A stretch of 64,000 bases of DNA from Candidatus Omnitrophota bacterium (GTDB lineage: Bacteria; Omnitrophota; Gorgyraeia; 2-01-FULL-45-10), in NCBI GenBank assembly GCA_043798375.1, contig JAZDOS010000042.1, positions 5,037 through 69,036 on the forward strand, in the 5' to 3' direction. Of the stretch, positions 31,101 to 39,352 are shown piece by piece. A program made the translations under genes and the position numbers. The notes under the pieces are model-generated. The model had not been told where the DNA came from, made no database searches, and worked only from the letters and a program-made list of their open reading frames with translations. Position 1 is the first letter of the stretch. The number at the start of each line of letters is the position of its first letter.

Positions 31101-34066
31101 TTACCCTGTCGGAAAGCGATTTGAAAAAATTGCGGCGCGGCGCCTATGATCCCGAGCTGAATAAAAGAGTGAGCCATGCTTACCTTGAATCGTATAAGAA
31201 ACTATTTTCGCTGGGTTATAAGGACGAGGCGGGCCTTGATGAAAATATTCTGGCTAACCTGCGTCAATTGTCGCACCATCAGGCTAACGCGATAAAATTG
31301 AGCCGCGTCTTCGACGCGTGGCTCACTGTGGCTGAAGAGATGCGGCAGTGGTCGGGCGCGATAGAGAAAAGGTTCCCGCGGCCCATAGAAACTCCGCCTG
31401 AAAAACGCGTGGTAATGCTCATATCGGGCGGCGAATCGCCGGGGGTGAACGATTACTTCTCGCTTATGGCAAAGTCGCTCGCGAAGCAGGGCTGCTCCGT
31501 GGAGGCCGTGAGATTCGGGTTGGACGGGCTTGTCCGGGCCAGTGTAGAATTCGACGGAAATCGCGTATGGATCGACTGGGGTAAATCCGAGAATATACTG
31601 CACGCGCCGGGCGCTTTTGAAGGGACCGCGAGGGTAAGGCTCGATGACGCGGGCATGCAGGCCCTGTTGGATAATCTGAAAAGTTATTGTAAAACGCTCG
31701 TCGTCATCGGCGGAAATGACCATCTGGGCGAAGCGGAAAAGATAGCGAAACGGTTAAAATCCGAAGATTCCGATATGGCCGTAGTGGCGCTTCCTAAGAC
31801 GATAGACCGCGATACGAAAATTTATCCGATCGGCGCCGATACCGCCGCCCGGAACGCCAACAAACTGGTTTTGCGCGCGGCGGCCCTGCCGGGATCCGGC
31901 AAGTGCGTTGTCGTCCAGATGATGGGCCGCGACATGGGCTATTTCGCGGTAAGGGCGGGAGATATGAAGCCGAAGGTTCGGGACGGTTATACCGACGCCG
32001 AGATAAATAAGATGGATATTGTCCGGCCCACCGTCGCAACGCTCGTGCCAAATAAGCCGGTACCGCTTTCGGATGTAATTGACGCGGTCAGGGTAAGGAT
32101 GAAGAAATACGGCGCCGCGACGCTCGTCATATCGGAAGGATTCAGGCTTTCCAGGATCACAAGGGACTCGTCCGGAGTTTTTAAATGCGATAGCGATAAA
32201 TTGCTGGAGGGCGCCCTCGAGGATAAATTATTATCGGCAAAACTCGCGAACCTCTCTACCGATGAGCAGGGGAACCCTAATCTCAGCGGACTGGTTGTGG
32301 CGGACTTTCTCGCGGAAGTCCTCGCCCGGGACGAAGAATTAAAATTGATAAGGGAAGAGAACCTGTTGCTTGAAAACCCGAATTACAGCTTCAGGGCTTC
32401 CGCGCCAAACAGCCTTGACCGCGCCGTCGCGGATAAAGCGATCGACTTAGCGAGCCGCGTAATATCAGATCCGGACGAACGCGCGAAGGCAATAAATGCG
32501 GGCGGTGTATGTATCGCCGCAAAGAGGACCGTTTCCAAAGCGGAAGACGTCGAAGTGTCTGTCATACCTTTATCCGAGGCGACAGGAAAGGTAGGCCTTG
32601 ATGACAGCGGCCTCTATACGGATGAGGAATTGTCCGAAAGAAACGTTATCGGATATGCCTCGCCGACAGATAACCTTCCCGATATGCCCGAAACCGAAAG
32701 CCCCGCGCATCCAGCCGGTTATAATAGAGAACATGCCATCATGTGGTTAAATTCCCAGGCGGAATCCGCGAGCGAGATGCAGGCAAAAAGGGGTGATGGC
32801 TGGAGAAGGCCGAATATATGCGTTATCGCCAGGCCGGACGCCGACGATATCATATCGGACCTGAAATACAGAAAGGCCGTATCCAGGGCCGATGAGTACA
32901 TAATGGAGAGGATAGGGAAAGCGACCGTATATATCCCCGCGCTCGAGCCCGTATCTCTATTGGCCATAATAAGGAAGTCGTATGAAGCCTACAATAACTA
33001 TCATATGCTCAATTTGGTGCTGGCGGGGAATATCGAGATCGATAAAAACGACGCTCTGCTGGCAAGATTAATGGAGAACCCTTCCACTAAAGACGCGTGC
33101 GGGGCTATTGTCGGCGGCGCCAGGCATTCCGGAGGAGACAGGTTGATATTCGGAAGAAGGCTCGCGGATCTTATTTCGATGGTTCTTTCTTCGTCCGAAT
33201 CCGTCGCGGCGCTCGCGGCGTTCGGCGAAAAGGCGGGATCGCCCATGACCGATATAAGGACCAATATTCTCGGGGAATCGCTGAACTTATTGCCCGGCGA
33301 GAACGGCCAGCGCATTAAGGCGATCGCCGCTTCTGTTACCGGGGCTATGCCTCAAGCCGAACCGGCGGTTGTAATGAGCGATGACGATATTAACGCTGTG
33401 GTAGAAGCATCCTCCGACGCGGGCGAAGACGCCAGGAAGGCCGCGGAGGCCGAATTCCCCGGCGAAATGCACCTTGTATTCGTCAGGAAGGCGATCCCCG
33501 ATATTCAGCAATCGACTACAATCGCGATGAACGTCTTAAATCTCTGCAGGGAATATTACGCGGATAAACTCGAAGGTTATACCGTTGATATCGTCGACGA
33601 TCACAAGGCCGCCATGGAGCTTCTCGCGAGAAATCCCAACTGGTCCAGGAATGATACAATAATAGGGCTTGTCGATAAGGAAAGCCTTGAAGAGCTGGCA
33701 GGTGAGCTTGAAGCCGGCAATATGACGGATAAGGCAAAGATATTATCGATGCAGAAGGCGGATGACGGCCAGTTTGTTCCCATCAAGCCGTTTTTTGACC
33801 TCATGGCAGCTATCGTGAGGATCAATAGGCCTCTCGACAGGGTGGAAGACAGGGATCTCATCGATTATATCAAAGAGCTGTTAATAAAGATCGGAACCAG
33901 GGATATAGACAGGCTTACCGAAGTCCTTGCCTCTGCCGACTTCCACGATCCTATCCGATTTGCCAGGGACTTTATTATAAGGCTGCTGCCTCCGGCAAGA
34001 AAATTCGACACGACAACGCTGAAAAAACTCTACCAGGCCTCCAAGCTCGTCGTCGAGTCGCTGTAA
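28145..34066 (+). CDS. Giant secreted multidomain protein (1973 aa from the TTG at 28145; the alternative ATG at 28157 gives MRKYRIIINTLAWLVIISQAFTLSPVYADS) with an embedded GT-B glucan phosphorylase/synthase-like segment and a phosphofructokinase-like domain
   Basis: Signal peptide; uninterrupted 5.9 kb ORF; motifs listed under the sub-features. Confidence 0.8.
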   Translation: MNNIMRKYRIIINTLAWLVIISQAFTLSPVYADSLATPKLTHPDANQARAISNLAEFEVCYGERLLYKGEKLSSVNSVLKNRFLDRKKVYLNEPSILVRENLKLGQVEFISYDREKQAGVFRFKGKPDNLYTVALIPRQGKYSITLHKNSSGSASQSLAKTTDSQDEPLTGHGFSVEDVNKVKLTAWSESGAFRKVMDELEDILKARAPDNLKELLFYTLSAFKEGRDGRQLGYTPARYKDPAHYYLGFGTSRSICLASEFLDEESPLSKFAAEELFHELLHAAMDISKDDSYIESETANHITSLRLAAQFFWGLPEEEALSLSPNMLEHHSRNSLGDAIRLWKTEQQDIRDAVLNNKPLELKKMLVDALKRIGNNPSKLFDILAVCDAASDEMKRHPIQSRYPLLMAVTLLNRKQKLQLVKAVKQGGDAIADLKIADSVLLMLEKKVRPDWLGHQAPNLKGRTVWQVASEIWNPGGGLGRVMQFEAFSFRDMLGQCAGDVRLRTIEPHYAYGKDGVPLDYDKILGAYEGKEENRLKEVDTFEVTVGDETAIAVCSRALNQHGIESYIIKLLKRGADGSLSPYYTEGMYLYRGAEAPAAVPIEDFSAFFSAASLELVARIEAGEKKASEEASSFWNYPVVYFNDGQLGLAPLFRRAFEHFSNNPILKEALVAYKTHTYPNRVFFDVREKNGDEGYGIKVLKRFGIPEKYWEYFTHVIGEELSQETREVADFTSAGLRSADWQAGVSAKQADDVSMYDDWGKWKDFFELVAITNGDYLPITESRFAEAAREALAAADIESLTPMQVFVANRRAKENLNAFLIKRLGDKYIFGISPDKPVLSYSGRGVDEKAGRNRALSNSNIITLVKMGVQVVIGFNVQSEKHNRDELDKLAEELREAKSKDPDGYPGNFIFVPDSDIEIQRLILAASDAQVQDSDPRTEAAGYTESNIKRCAGLQIAPPWPEGILQAGIPFNFNKLGEGATIIPEITLSESDLKKLRRGAYDPELNKRVSHAYLESYKKLFSLGYKDEAGLDENILANLRQLSHHQANAIKLSRVFDAWLTVAEEMRQWSGAIEKRFPRPIETPPEKRVVMLISGGESPGVNDYFSLMAKSLAKQGCSVEAVRFGLDGLVRASVEFDGNRVWIDWGKSENILHAPGAFEGTARVRLDDAGMQALLDNLKSYCKTLVVIGGNDHLGEAEKIAKRLKSEDSDMAVVALPKTIDRDTKIYPIGADTAARNANKLVLRAAALPGSGKCVVVQMMGRDMGYFAVRAGDMKPKVRDGYTDAEINKMDIVRPTVATLVPNKPVPLSDVIDAVRVRMKKYGAATLVISEGFRLSRITRDSSGVFKCDSDKLLEGALEDKLLSAKLANLSTDEQGNPNLSGLVVADFLAEVLARDEELKLIREENLLLENPNYSFRASAPNSLDRAVADKAIDLASRVISDPDERAKAINAGGVCIAAKRTVSKAEDVEVSVIPLSEATGKVGLDDSGLYTDEELSERNVIGYASPTDNLPDMPETESPAHPAGYNREHAIMWLNSQAESASEMQAKRGDGWRRPNICVIARPDADDIISDLKYRKAVSRADEYIMERIGKATVYIPALEPVSLLAIIRKSYEAYNNYHMLNLVLAGNIEIDKNDALLARLMENPSTKDACGAIVGGARHSGGDRLIFGRRLADLISMVLSSSESVAALAAFGEKAGSPMTDIRTNILGESLNLLPGENGQRIKAIAASVTGAMPQAEPAVVMSDDDINAVVEASSDAGEDARKAAEAEFPGEMHLVFVRKAIPDIQQSTTIAMNVLNLCREYYADKLEGYTVDIVDDHKAAMELLARNPNWSRNDTIIGLVDKESLEELAGELEAGNMTDKAKILSMQKADDGQFVPIKPFFDLMAAIVRINRPLDRVEDRDLIDYIKELLIKIGTRDIDRLTEVLASADFHDPIRFARDFIIRLLPPARKFDTTTLKKLYQASKLVVESL
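29500..30900 (+). other. GT-B fold alpha-glucan phosphorylase / glycogen-synthase-like segment (GT35/GT5-like) in giant protein 3
   Basis: VASEIWNPGGGLGRVMQF resembles the KTGGLGDV / SGGLGVLAGD glycine loop of glycogen synthase and alpha-glucan phosphorylase. Confidence 0.3.
31390..32130 (+). other. 6-phosphofructokinase-like (PFK family) domain in giant protein 3
   Basis: VVMLISGGESPGVND (GGDAPGMN-like), LVVIGGNDHLGEA (GGDGS-like but altered), ALPKTIDRDT (PKTIDND), QMMGRDMGYFA (MGR motif). Confidence 0.65.
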
Positions 34067-34133
34067 TCCCAAGAAAACAGGCACCTTTTGTTCTTGACGG
34101 AAAATAAGCGTTATGATAATCTAAATCTTCATT

Positions 34134-35162
34134 ATGAAAACGCTAAGAGTCGGCATAATCGGCTGCGGGACGATATTCCCGATGCACGCCCGGTCGCTTA
34201 ACAATATAAAGAATGTGAAGCTTACCGCAGTCTGTGATATTAAGGAGCCGAGGGCGAAGGCCGCGGCCCGCGCTTATAGATGTAATTATTATACAAATTA
34301 TAAGAAAATGCTGGATGAGGCTGATCTTGATGCCGTCCACATCTGTACCCCGCACTACCTCCACATGCCGATGGTCCTCGAAGCCGCCAAGCGAAAGATC
34401 GACATTCTTACCGAGAAACCGATGGGGCTTAACCCGGCCGAAGGCCAGAAGGAGATAGGCGCCGCCAAAAGGACAGGCGTAACCTTCAGCGTGATCTCGC
34501 AAAATAGGTTCAATCCCGGCTCCCAACTTGTGAAAAACAGAATTAAAGACGGCTCGCTCGGGAAATTGAAAGCCGCAAAACTCGTCCTCACCTACCATAA
34601 GCCCGACAGTTATTATAAAAAGAGCGACTGGAAGGGGCGCAAAGATTTAGAAGGCGGCGGCGTAGTCATTGATCAGGCAATCCACTATCTTGATATAGTC
34701 AGATGGCTAATTCCGAGCCCCATCGATTACGTCGAGGCGAAGGTTTCAAGCCGCATGCATTCATTCGTAAACGTCGAAGATACGGCCGAAGGCGTGATGA
34801 AATTTAAAAACGGGTTTTATCTTTGTTTTTATCTCATCAATTGTTACTCGTTCGACGACGATCCTTTTATCGACATGGACTGCGAAAAGGCGAGGGTGCG
34901 CATAGTGAAGGACTCGGCATACATAGGATATTACAGCGGTAAGAATGAGAGTGCACGGCCGCGAGACGACGAATATATAGATTACGGCGACGGTGTCCGC
35001 GACTATTGGGGATATTGCCATTATAATCAGATCAGGGATTTCTATGATGCTATCCGCAAGCGCCGAAAGCCCGCGATAACGGGTGAAGACGCTCTGAAGA
35101 CGCAGAAACTCGTGTGGGCGATCTACGAATCCTCGAAGCGCAATAAGCGCGTGTATTTCTAA
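34134..35162 (+). CDS. Gfo/Idh/MocA-family NAD(P)-dependent oxidoreductase
   Basis: N-terminal Rossmann MKTLRVGIIGCGTIFPMHARSL, EKP motif LTEKPMG, and a C-terminal alpha/beta domain. Confidence 0.8.
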   Translation: MKTLRVGIIGCGTIFPMHARSLNNIKNVKLTAVCDIKEPRAKAAARAYRCNYYTNYKKMLDEADLDAVHICTPHYLHMPMVLEAAKRKIDILTEKPMGLNPAEGQKEIGAAKRTGVTFSVISQNRFNPGSQLVKNRIKDGSLGKLKAAKLVLTYHKPDSYYKKSDWKGRKDLEGGGVVIDQAIHYLDIVRWLIPSPIDYVEAKVSSRMHSFVNVEDTAEGVMKFKNGFYLCFYLINCYSFDDDPFIDMDCEKARVRIVKDSAYIGYYSGKNESARPRDDEYIDYGDGVRDYWGYCHYNQIRDFYDAIRKRRKPAITGEDALKTQKLVWAIYESSKRNKRVYF

Positions 35163-35170
35163 CCTGCCAA

Positions 35171-35187
35171 TTCTAACCAGGTTAGAA
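35171..35187. repeat. CTAACCAGGTTAG-family palindrome overlapping the stop codon of the oxidoreductase, followed by a ggttagaatatg direct repeat (x2)
   Basis: ttctaacc a ggttagaa. The same core is at 17125-17152 and 55095-55197. Confidence 0.7.
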
Positions 35188-35359
35188 TATGGGGGGTTAG
35201 AATATGATGAAGAACTGTTAAGCAATGCCGAAGAAATAGCGAAAATGTTATCGGGTCTGATTAATTCTTTACAAAGATAACTTTGTTTGGTATTATTTTT
35301 TCTTTAACCTATAAGCTTTGAACTATTAGCTATAAACTAAACGCGTAACGGAGAATAGT

Positions 35360-36409
35360 ATGGCGGTTGTTAGAGTAGCAGTAATCGGCTGCGGTAAGAT
35401 AGCGGAGCGCGCAAGCTTACCGAATCTGGTGAATTACAAGGAAAAGGTTGAGGTAAAGGCCCTCTGCGATATAGAGGAAGCGAAAGCAAAAAATTTAAAA
35501 GAACGGTTCGAAATTTCGGGCGCCGATATAGTCAAAGACTGGAAGAAGGTCGTGACAAGGCATGATATCGACGCTATTTTTGTCGATACGCCGAACTATC
35601 TTCATGAAGAGATGGCGATAGGAGCGGCGAATAACAAGAAACATGTCCTTGTCGAGAAACCCATTTCGATTACAGCTAAGGCCGCGGACAACATGGTCAA
35701 GGCCGCGAAGAAGACGGGCGTATATCTTATGGTAGAGCAGACCCAGAGGTTCGACCCGGTCCACCAGGCGGCGAAGAAGATCCTCGATTCCGGAATGCTG
35801 GGCAAGATCCACAATATCAGGGGGCGTATCGGCCACGCCGGGCCGGAATACTGGTCCGAAGGCAAAGCCCACTGGTTCTACGACAAGAAAAAGTCGGGCG
35901 GCGGCGCGATGATCGATATAGGCGTGCACATAACCGACCTTATAAGATGGTTCGCGAATAAGAAGATCGCCGAAGTATTCGCGACCATAAGAACGATAGA
36001 GAAGAAAGTGCCCGTAGACGATAACGCGACCGTCCTATTCAAATTTGAAGACGGCTCCAAGGGCGAGATCGAATGCAGTTGGACGACGAGGCCGTATGAA
36101 GTGTTGACCTTCGTCTACGGCAGTAAGGGCAAGATGATGACGGCGATCGGCACGGAGAAACCCGTTAAAGTTGTGATCGCCAGGACCGGCAAGGGCGAAG
36201 ATCCGAACTGCGCGCTGGAGGATATCTATCCGGAAATCGGATCGGGAAGCGGCTGGGAGAACGCCGTCCATTATTTTATCGATTGCGTTATTAACAAAGA
36301 GAAGCCTTTCGTCTCAGGCGTTGAGGGAAGAGAGACGATGCGCGTGATTAACGCGGCGTATGAGTCAAATGATAAAGGAAAGTGGATTAAAGTAATTAGT
36401 AAAGAGTAA
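35360..36409 (+). CDS. Gfo/Idh/MocA-family oxidoreductase (second paralog)
   Basis: VRVAVIGCGKIAERASLPNL, VEKPIS, and shared fold motifs. Confidence 0.8.
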   Translation: MAVVRVAVIGCGKIAERASLPNLVNYKEKVEVKALCDIEEAKAKNLKERFEISGADIVKDWKKVVTRHDIDAIFVDTPNYLHEEMAIGAANNKKHVLVEKPISITAKAADNMVKAAKKTGVYLMVEQTQRFDPVHQAAKKILDSGMLGKIHNIRGRIGHAGPEYWSEGKAHWFYDKKKSGGGAMIDIGVHITDLIRWFANKKIAEVFATIRTIEKKVPVDDNATVLFKFEDGSKGEIECSWTTRPYEVLTFVYGSKGKMMTAIGTEKPVKVVIARTGKGEDPNCALEDIYPEIGSGSGWENAVHYFIDCVINKEKPFVSGVEGRETMRVINAAYESNDKGKWIKVISKE

Positions 36410-36431
36410 TGAGTAAAGAGTAAGTTGTGCC

Positions 36432-36494
36432 GCCTTTTAATTACTCATTACTCATTACTCATTACTCATTACTCATTACGCATTACTCATTACT
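36432..36494. repeat. Tandem heptanucleotide microsatellite (ATTACTC)n of about 9 units (5 perfect plus degenerate units). It forms the 3' arm of a long hairpin with the gene's last codons (gagtaatgagtaaagagtaa)
   Basis: attactcattactcattactcattactcattactcattacgcattactcattactaattacga, read directly from the sequence. Confidence 0.9.
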
Positions 36495-36526
36495 AATTAC
36501 GAATCGCGTATTTTTAAGAGGACTTA

Positions 36527-37345
36527 ATGAAACTCGGACTATGCACGTGGTCATACAACAGGACATTTAAAGCGGGCAGGATGGATCTTGAGAAGCTTCT
36601 CCATATGTGCGCCGATGACTTGAAAGCCGGCGGCGTCGACATCATAGATATCCATTTCAGGAACGGAGATAATGTCGACAAACTTCTTGAGGACATGGAT
36701 TACCTCCTTAAGATAAAAAAGCTTGCCGCTGACCTCGCGATTACGATATCCGCGGTATCGCCGGGCAACAGCTTCGGGAAAGATAACCTCAAGGATGAGA
36801 AGGCAGAGGTAGACAAGATAAACAGATGGACCGACGTTGCCTATATCCTCGGCGCGCCGAATTTAAGGATATTTGCCGGATGGGCGCCGAAAGAGAAACA
36901 CGCCGAACTCTGGCCAAAAGTCGTAAATAGCGTCAAAGCTTGCGCCGCCTATGGCGCTAAAAAAGGCGTTGTGATGGCGGTAGAATCTCATAACGGCGGC
37001 GGATACCTCCCGACGTCGGTCGAAACGCACAAGCTTCTCGAAGACGTCGGCTCGCCGTGGGTCAGGCTGAATCTCGACACCGGCAACTACCGGGACCCGG
37101 ATATGTACGCGGCATTGAAAAAGTCTATCGCCTGCGCCACGCACATGCACTGCAAGATCCATAAGCTGTCGAAGGACGGAAAAGAGCTCGAATTCGATTT
37201 CGATAAAATCTTCAAGATTCTTAAAGACGCGAACTGGCGCGGTTTTTTCAACATCGAATACGAAGGAAAAGAGGATGAACTCGAATACGTCCCGAAATCC
37301 TTCGCGATGGTGCGGCAGTTTATGAAGAAGTACGAAATGTTCTAG
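36527..37345 (+). CDS. Sugar phosphate isomerase/epimerase (xylose-isomerase-like TIM barrel, AP endonuclease 2 family)
   Basis: MKLGLCTWSY... start typical of the family; conserved E/D/H metal ligands (AVESHNGG, NLDTGNY). Confidence 0.7.
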   Translation: MKLGLCTWSYNRTFKAGRMDLEKLLHMCADDLKAGGVDIIDIHFRNGDNVDKLLEDMDYLLKIKKLAADLAITISAVSPGNSFGKDNLKDEKAEVDKINRWTDVAYILGAPNLRIFAGWAPKEKHAELWPKVVNSVKACAAYGAKKGVVMAVESHNGGGYLPTSVETHKLLEDVGSPWVRLNLDTGNYRDPDMYAALKKSIACATHMHCKIHKLSKDGKELEFDFDKIFKILKDANWRGFFNIEYEGKEDELEYVPKSFAMVRQFMKKYEMF

Positions 37346-37359
37346 CGTATAACCATATT

Positions 37360-37395
37360 TGACCGACGCGGTCGGCGTACGCCGACCGCGTCGGT
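37360..37395 (+). terminator. Perfect 17-bp stem hairpin after the isomerase gene, with no clear U-tract
   Basis: gaccgacgcggtcggcg ta cgccgaccgcgtcggtc. Confidence 0.4.
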
Positions 37396-37409
37396 CGGCT
37401 AATGTCCAT

Positions 37410-38324
37410 ATGAAGAAAAAAAGGCCGGGATTTTTCGCGAAACTCAACGAACAGAAGATGTCCTATGTCTTCGTCGCCCCAGCGGTGCTTCTTTTCCTCA
37501 TCTTTGTTTTAGGCCCCCTGATAGCTTCATTCTACTGGTCGTTCACCGAATACGACGGCATACACGCGCCGGTTTGGGTGGGCCTGGCCAATTACAAGGC
37601 GATATTTTTTAACGACCCGCGTTTCTGGAAGGCGGTACGCAATACAGTTTTCTACACTGTGGGCGTGATACCGCCCGGCGTGGCGCTATCGCTTCTCCTT
37701 GCGATAGCCGTCGATCAGCAGATAAAAGGCAAGAATTTATTCCGTATGATATATTTTATACCTTCTGTCACGTCGGTCATCGCGATTTCGGTAATATGGA
37801 AATGGCTCTTCGCCGGGGAGAAGTACGGCCTCATCAATTATTTTCTGATATTGATCGGCCTGAAACCGGTGGACTGGTTGATGAGCCCCACCTTTACGCT
37901 TCCCGCCATCATGATAATGTCGATATGGGCCGGATTGGGCTACAATATGATACTCTTTTTGGCGGGCCTGCAGACTATACCCGCGACGGTTTACGAGGCG
38001 GCCGATATAGACGGCGCGAACGTCTGGGATAAATTCTGGAATATAACCCTTCCGCTTTTAAAACCTACGATGGTATTCGTCGTCATAATGGGGTTCATCG
38101 TTTCATTCCAGGTATTCGAACAGATTTACATAATGACGGAATCGGAATTCGGCATAGGCGGCGTCCTCGATTCGGCGCTGACCGTAGTGGCCTACCTTTA
38201 CGACATGGGATTCAGGAAGTTCCAGATGGGGTACGCCTCCGCGTTGGGTTATATCGTGTTCATAGTGGTATTCATAATAACGATAATCAACATAAGGTTT
38301 GTAAAAACGAAGGTTGATTATTAG
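37410..38324 (+). CDS. ABC sugar transporter permease (MalF/UgpA-type, CUT1 family)
   Basis: Six TM helices and the EAA-like loop EAADIDGANVWDKFWNITLP. Start moved to the ATG at 37410 because the ORF-track extension covers the hairpin. Confidence 0.8.
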   Translation: MKKKRPGFFAKLNEQKMSYVFVAPAVLLFLIFVLGPLIASFYWSFTEYDGIHAPVWVGLANYKAIFFNDPRFWKAVRNTVFYTVGVIPPGVALSLLLAIAVDQQIKGKNLFRMIYFIPSVTSVIAISVIWKWLFAGEKYGLINYFLILIGLKPVDWLMSPTFTLPAIMIMSIWAGLGYNMILFLAGLQTIPATVYEAADIDGANVWDKFWNITLPLLKPTMVFVVIMGFIVSFQVFEQIYIMTESEFGIGGVLDSALTVVAYLYDMGFRKFQMGYASALGYIVFIVVFIITIINIRFVKTKVDY

Positions 38325-38374
38325 TTCTGAAAATGCTATACTTTCAAAACATTTATAAAGAAAGGAAGGAAGAC

Positions 38375-39316
38375 ATGAAAACGGATAAGTATCCTATATG
38401 TAAACGGTTTGAGGGCAATCCCATCCTGACAGGCAGGGATTTTCCGCCTGAGGCCGATATTAAAAATGTTTTTAATTCCGGCATCGTGAAATACAATGAT
38501 ATTTATCTCATGGTTTGCCGGGTGGAAAACTCCGCTTTGCTTGACCGTTTTTGGATCGCGGAAAGCTCCGACGGCTATCATTTTAAACCGCGGCCGAAGC
38601 CGGTGGATATGCCCCACGACGATCCGATGTTTAAGAAATATGCCGACTGCATGTATTATGATCCGCGCGTGACAAGGATCGGGGATGTATATTATATGGT
38701 CCATGCCGCGCACTCAGGCCACACCTGCCGGCTAAGCCTGGTGAAAACGGAGGACTTTAAGAAATTTCAATGGATGGGCTTTATTTCCGAAACGGATAAC
38801 CGCAATGGGGTGCTTTTCCCGGAGAAGATCAACGGGTTGTACGCGCGCCTTGACCGGCCCAATACCGGGGCCGATACGGGAGATATCTGGGTGTCTTATT
38901 CTCCGGATCTGATCTTTTGGGGAAAGAGTGAATGCGTGTTCAGGAACTGGGAGGGGATCCGCTGGGCCTGGACAAAAATCGGGCCGGGAGCCGCTCCTAT
39001 CAAAACACCCGAGGGATGGTTGAATATTTTTCACGGAGTGCGCACTCAATGCAAATCGCATTTTGTTTATCAATTGGGTGTTTGCCTTCTGGATTTGAAG
39101 GATCCGTCAAAAGTCAAGGCTATGTCTGAAGACGCGATCCTGATTCCCGAAGAGCTTTACGAACTTGTGGGGCAGACTCCCAGCGTGGTCTTTACCTGCG
39201 GCGCTGTGCTGGAGGATAACGGCGAGGTCAAGCTTTATTACGGCGGCGCCGATACGGTTCAATGCGTGGCCATCACAAGCCTGGAGCGGCTTATCGACGC
39301 GTGTTATAATCGTTAA
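38375..39316 (+). CDS. GH130 family beta-mannoside phosphorylase-like protein (five-bladed propeller)
   Basis: FEGNPILTGRDFP...NSGIVKYNDIYLMVCRVE...DPRVTRIGDVYYMVHAA...LYYGGADT are typical GH130 blades. RBS gaaggaag lies before the ATG at 38375. Confidence 0.75.
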   Translation: MKTDKYPICKRFEGNPILTGRDFPPEADIKNVFNSGIVKYNDIYLMVCRVENSALLDRFWIAESSDGYHFKPRPKPVDMPHDDPMFKKYADCMYYDPRVTRIGDVYYMVHAAHSGHTCRLSLVKTEDFKKFQWMGFISETDNRNGVLFPEKINGLYARLDRPNTGADTGDIWVSYSPDLIFWGKSECVFRNWEGIRWAWTKIGPGAAPIKTPEGWLNIFHGVRTQCKSHFVYQLGVCLLDLKDPSKVKAMSEDAILIPEELYELVGQTPSVVFTCGAVLEDNGEVKLYYGGADTVQCVAITSLERLIDACYNR

Positions 39317-39352
39317 GATTAATCTGTAAAAAAGGGAAATGGAGGCAATAGA

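Noticed and set aside
36410-36497. Possible CRISPR array (also considered for 55095-55197 and 57415-57542)
   Set aside because: The repeats are 7-48 bp tandem or palindromic units without unique spacers of regular length, and no cas genes are present. They are microsatellite or REP-like hairpins, not CRISPR
37359-37409. N-terminal extension of the ABC permease (MTDAVGVRRPRRSANVH)
   Set aside because: It overlaps the perfect 17-bp hairpin after the upstream gene. A typical MKKK... start with upstream context exists at 37410
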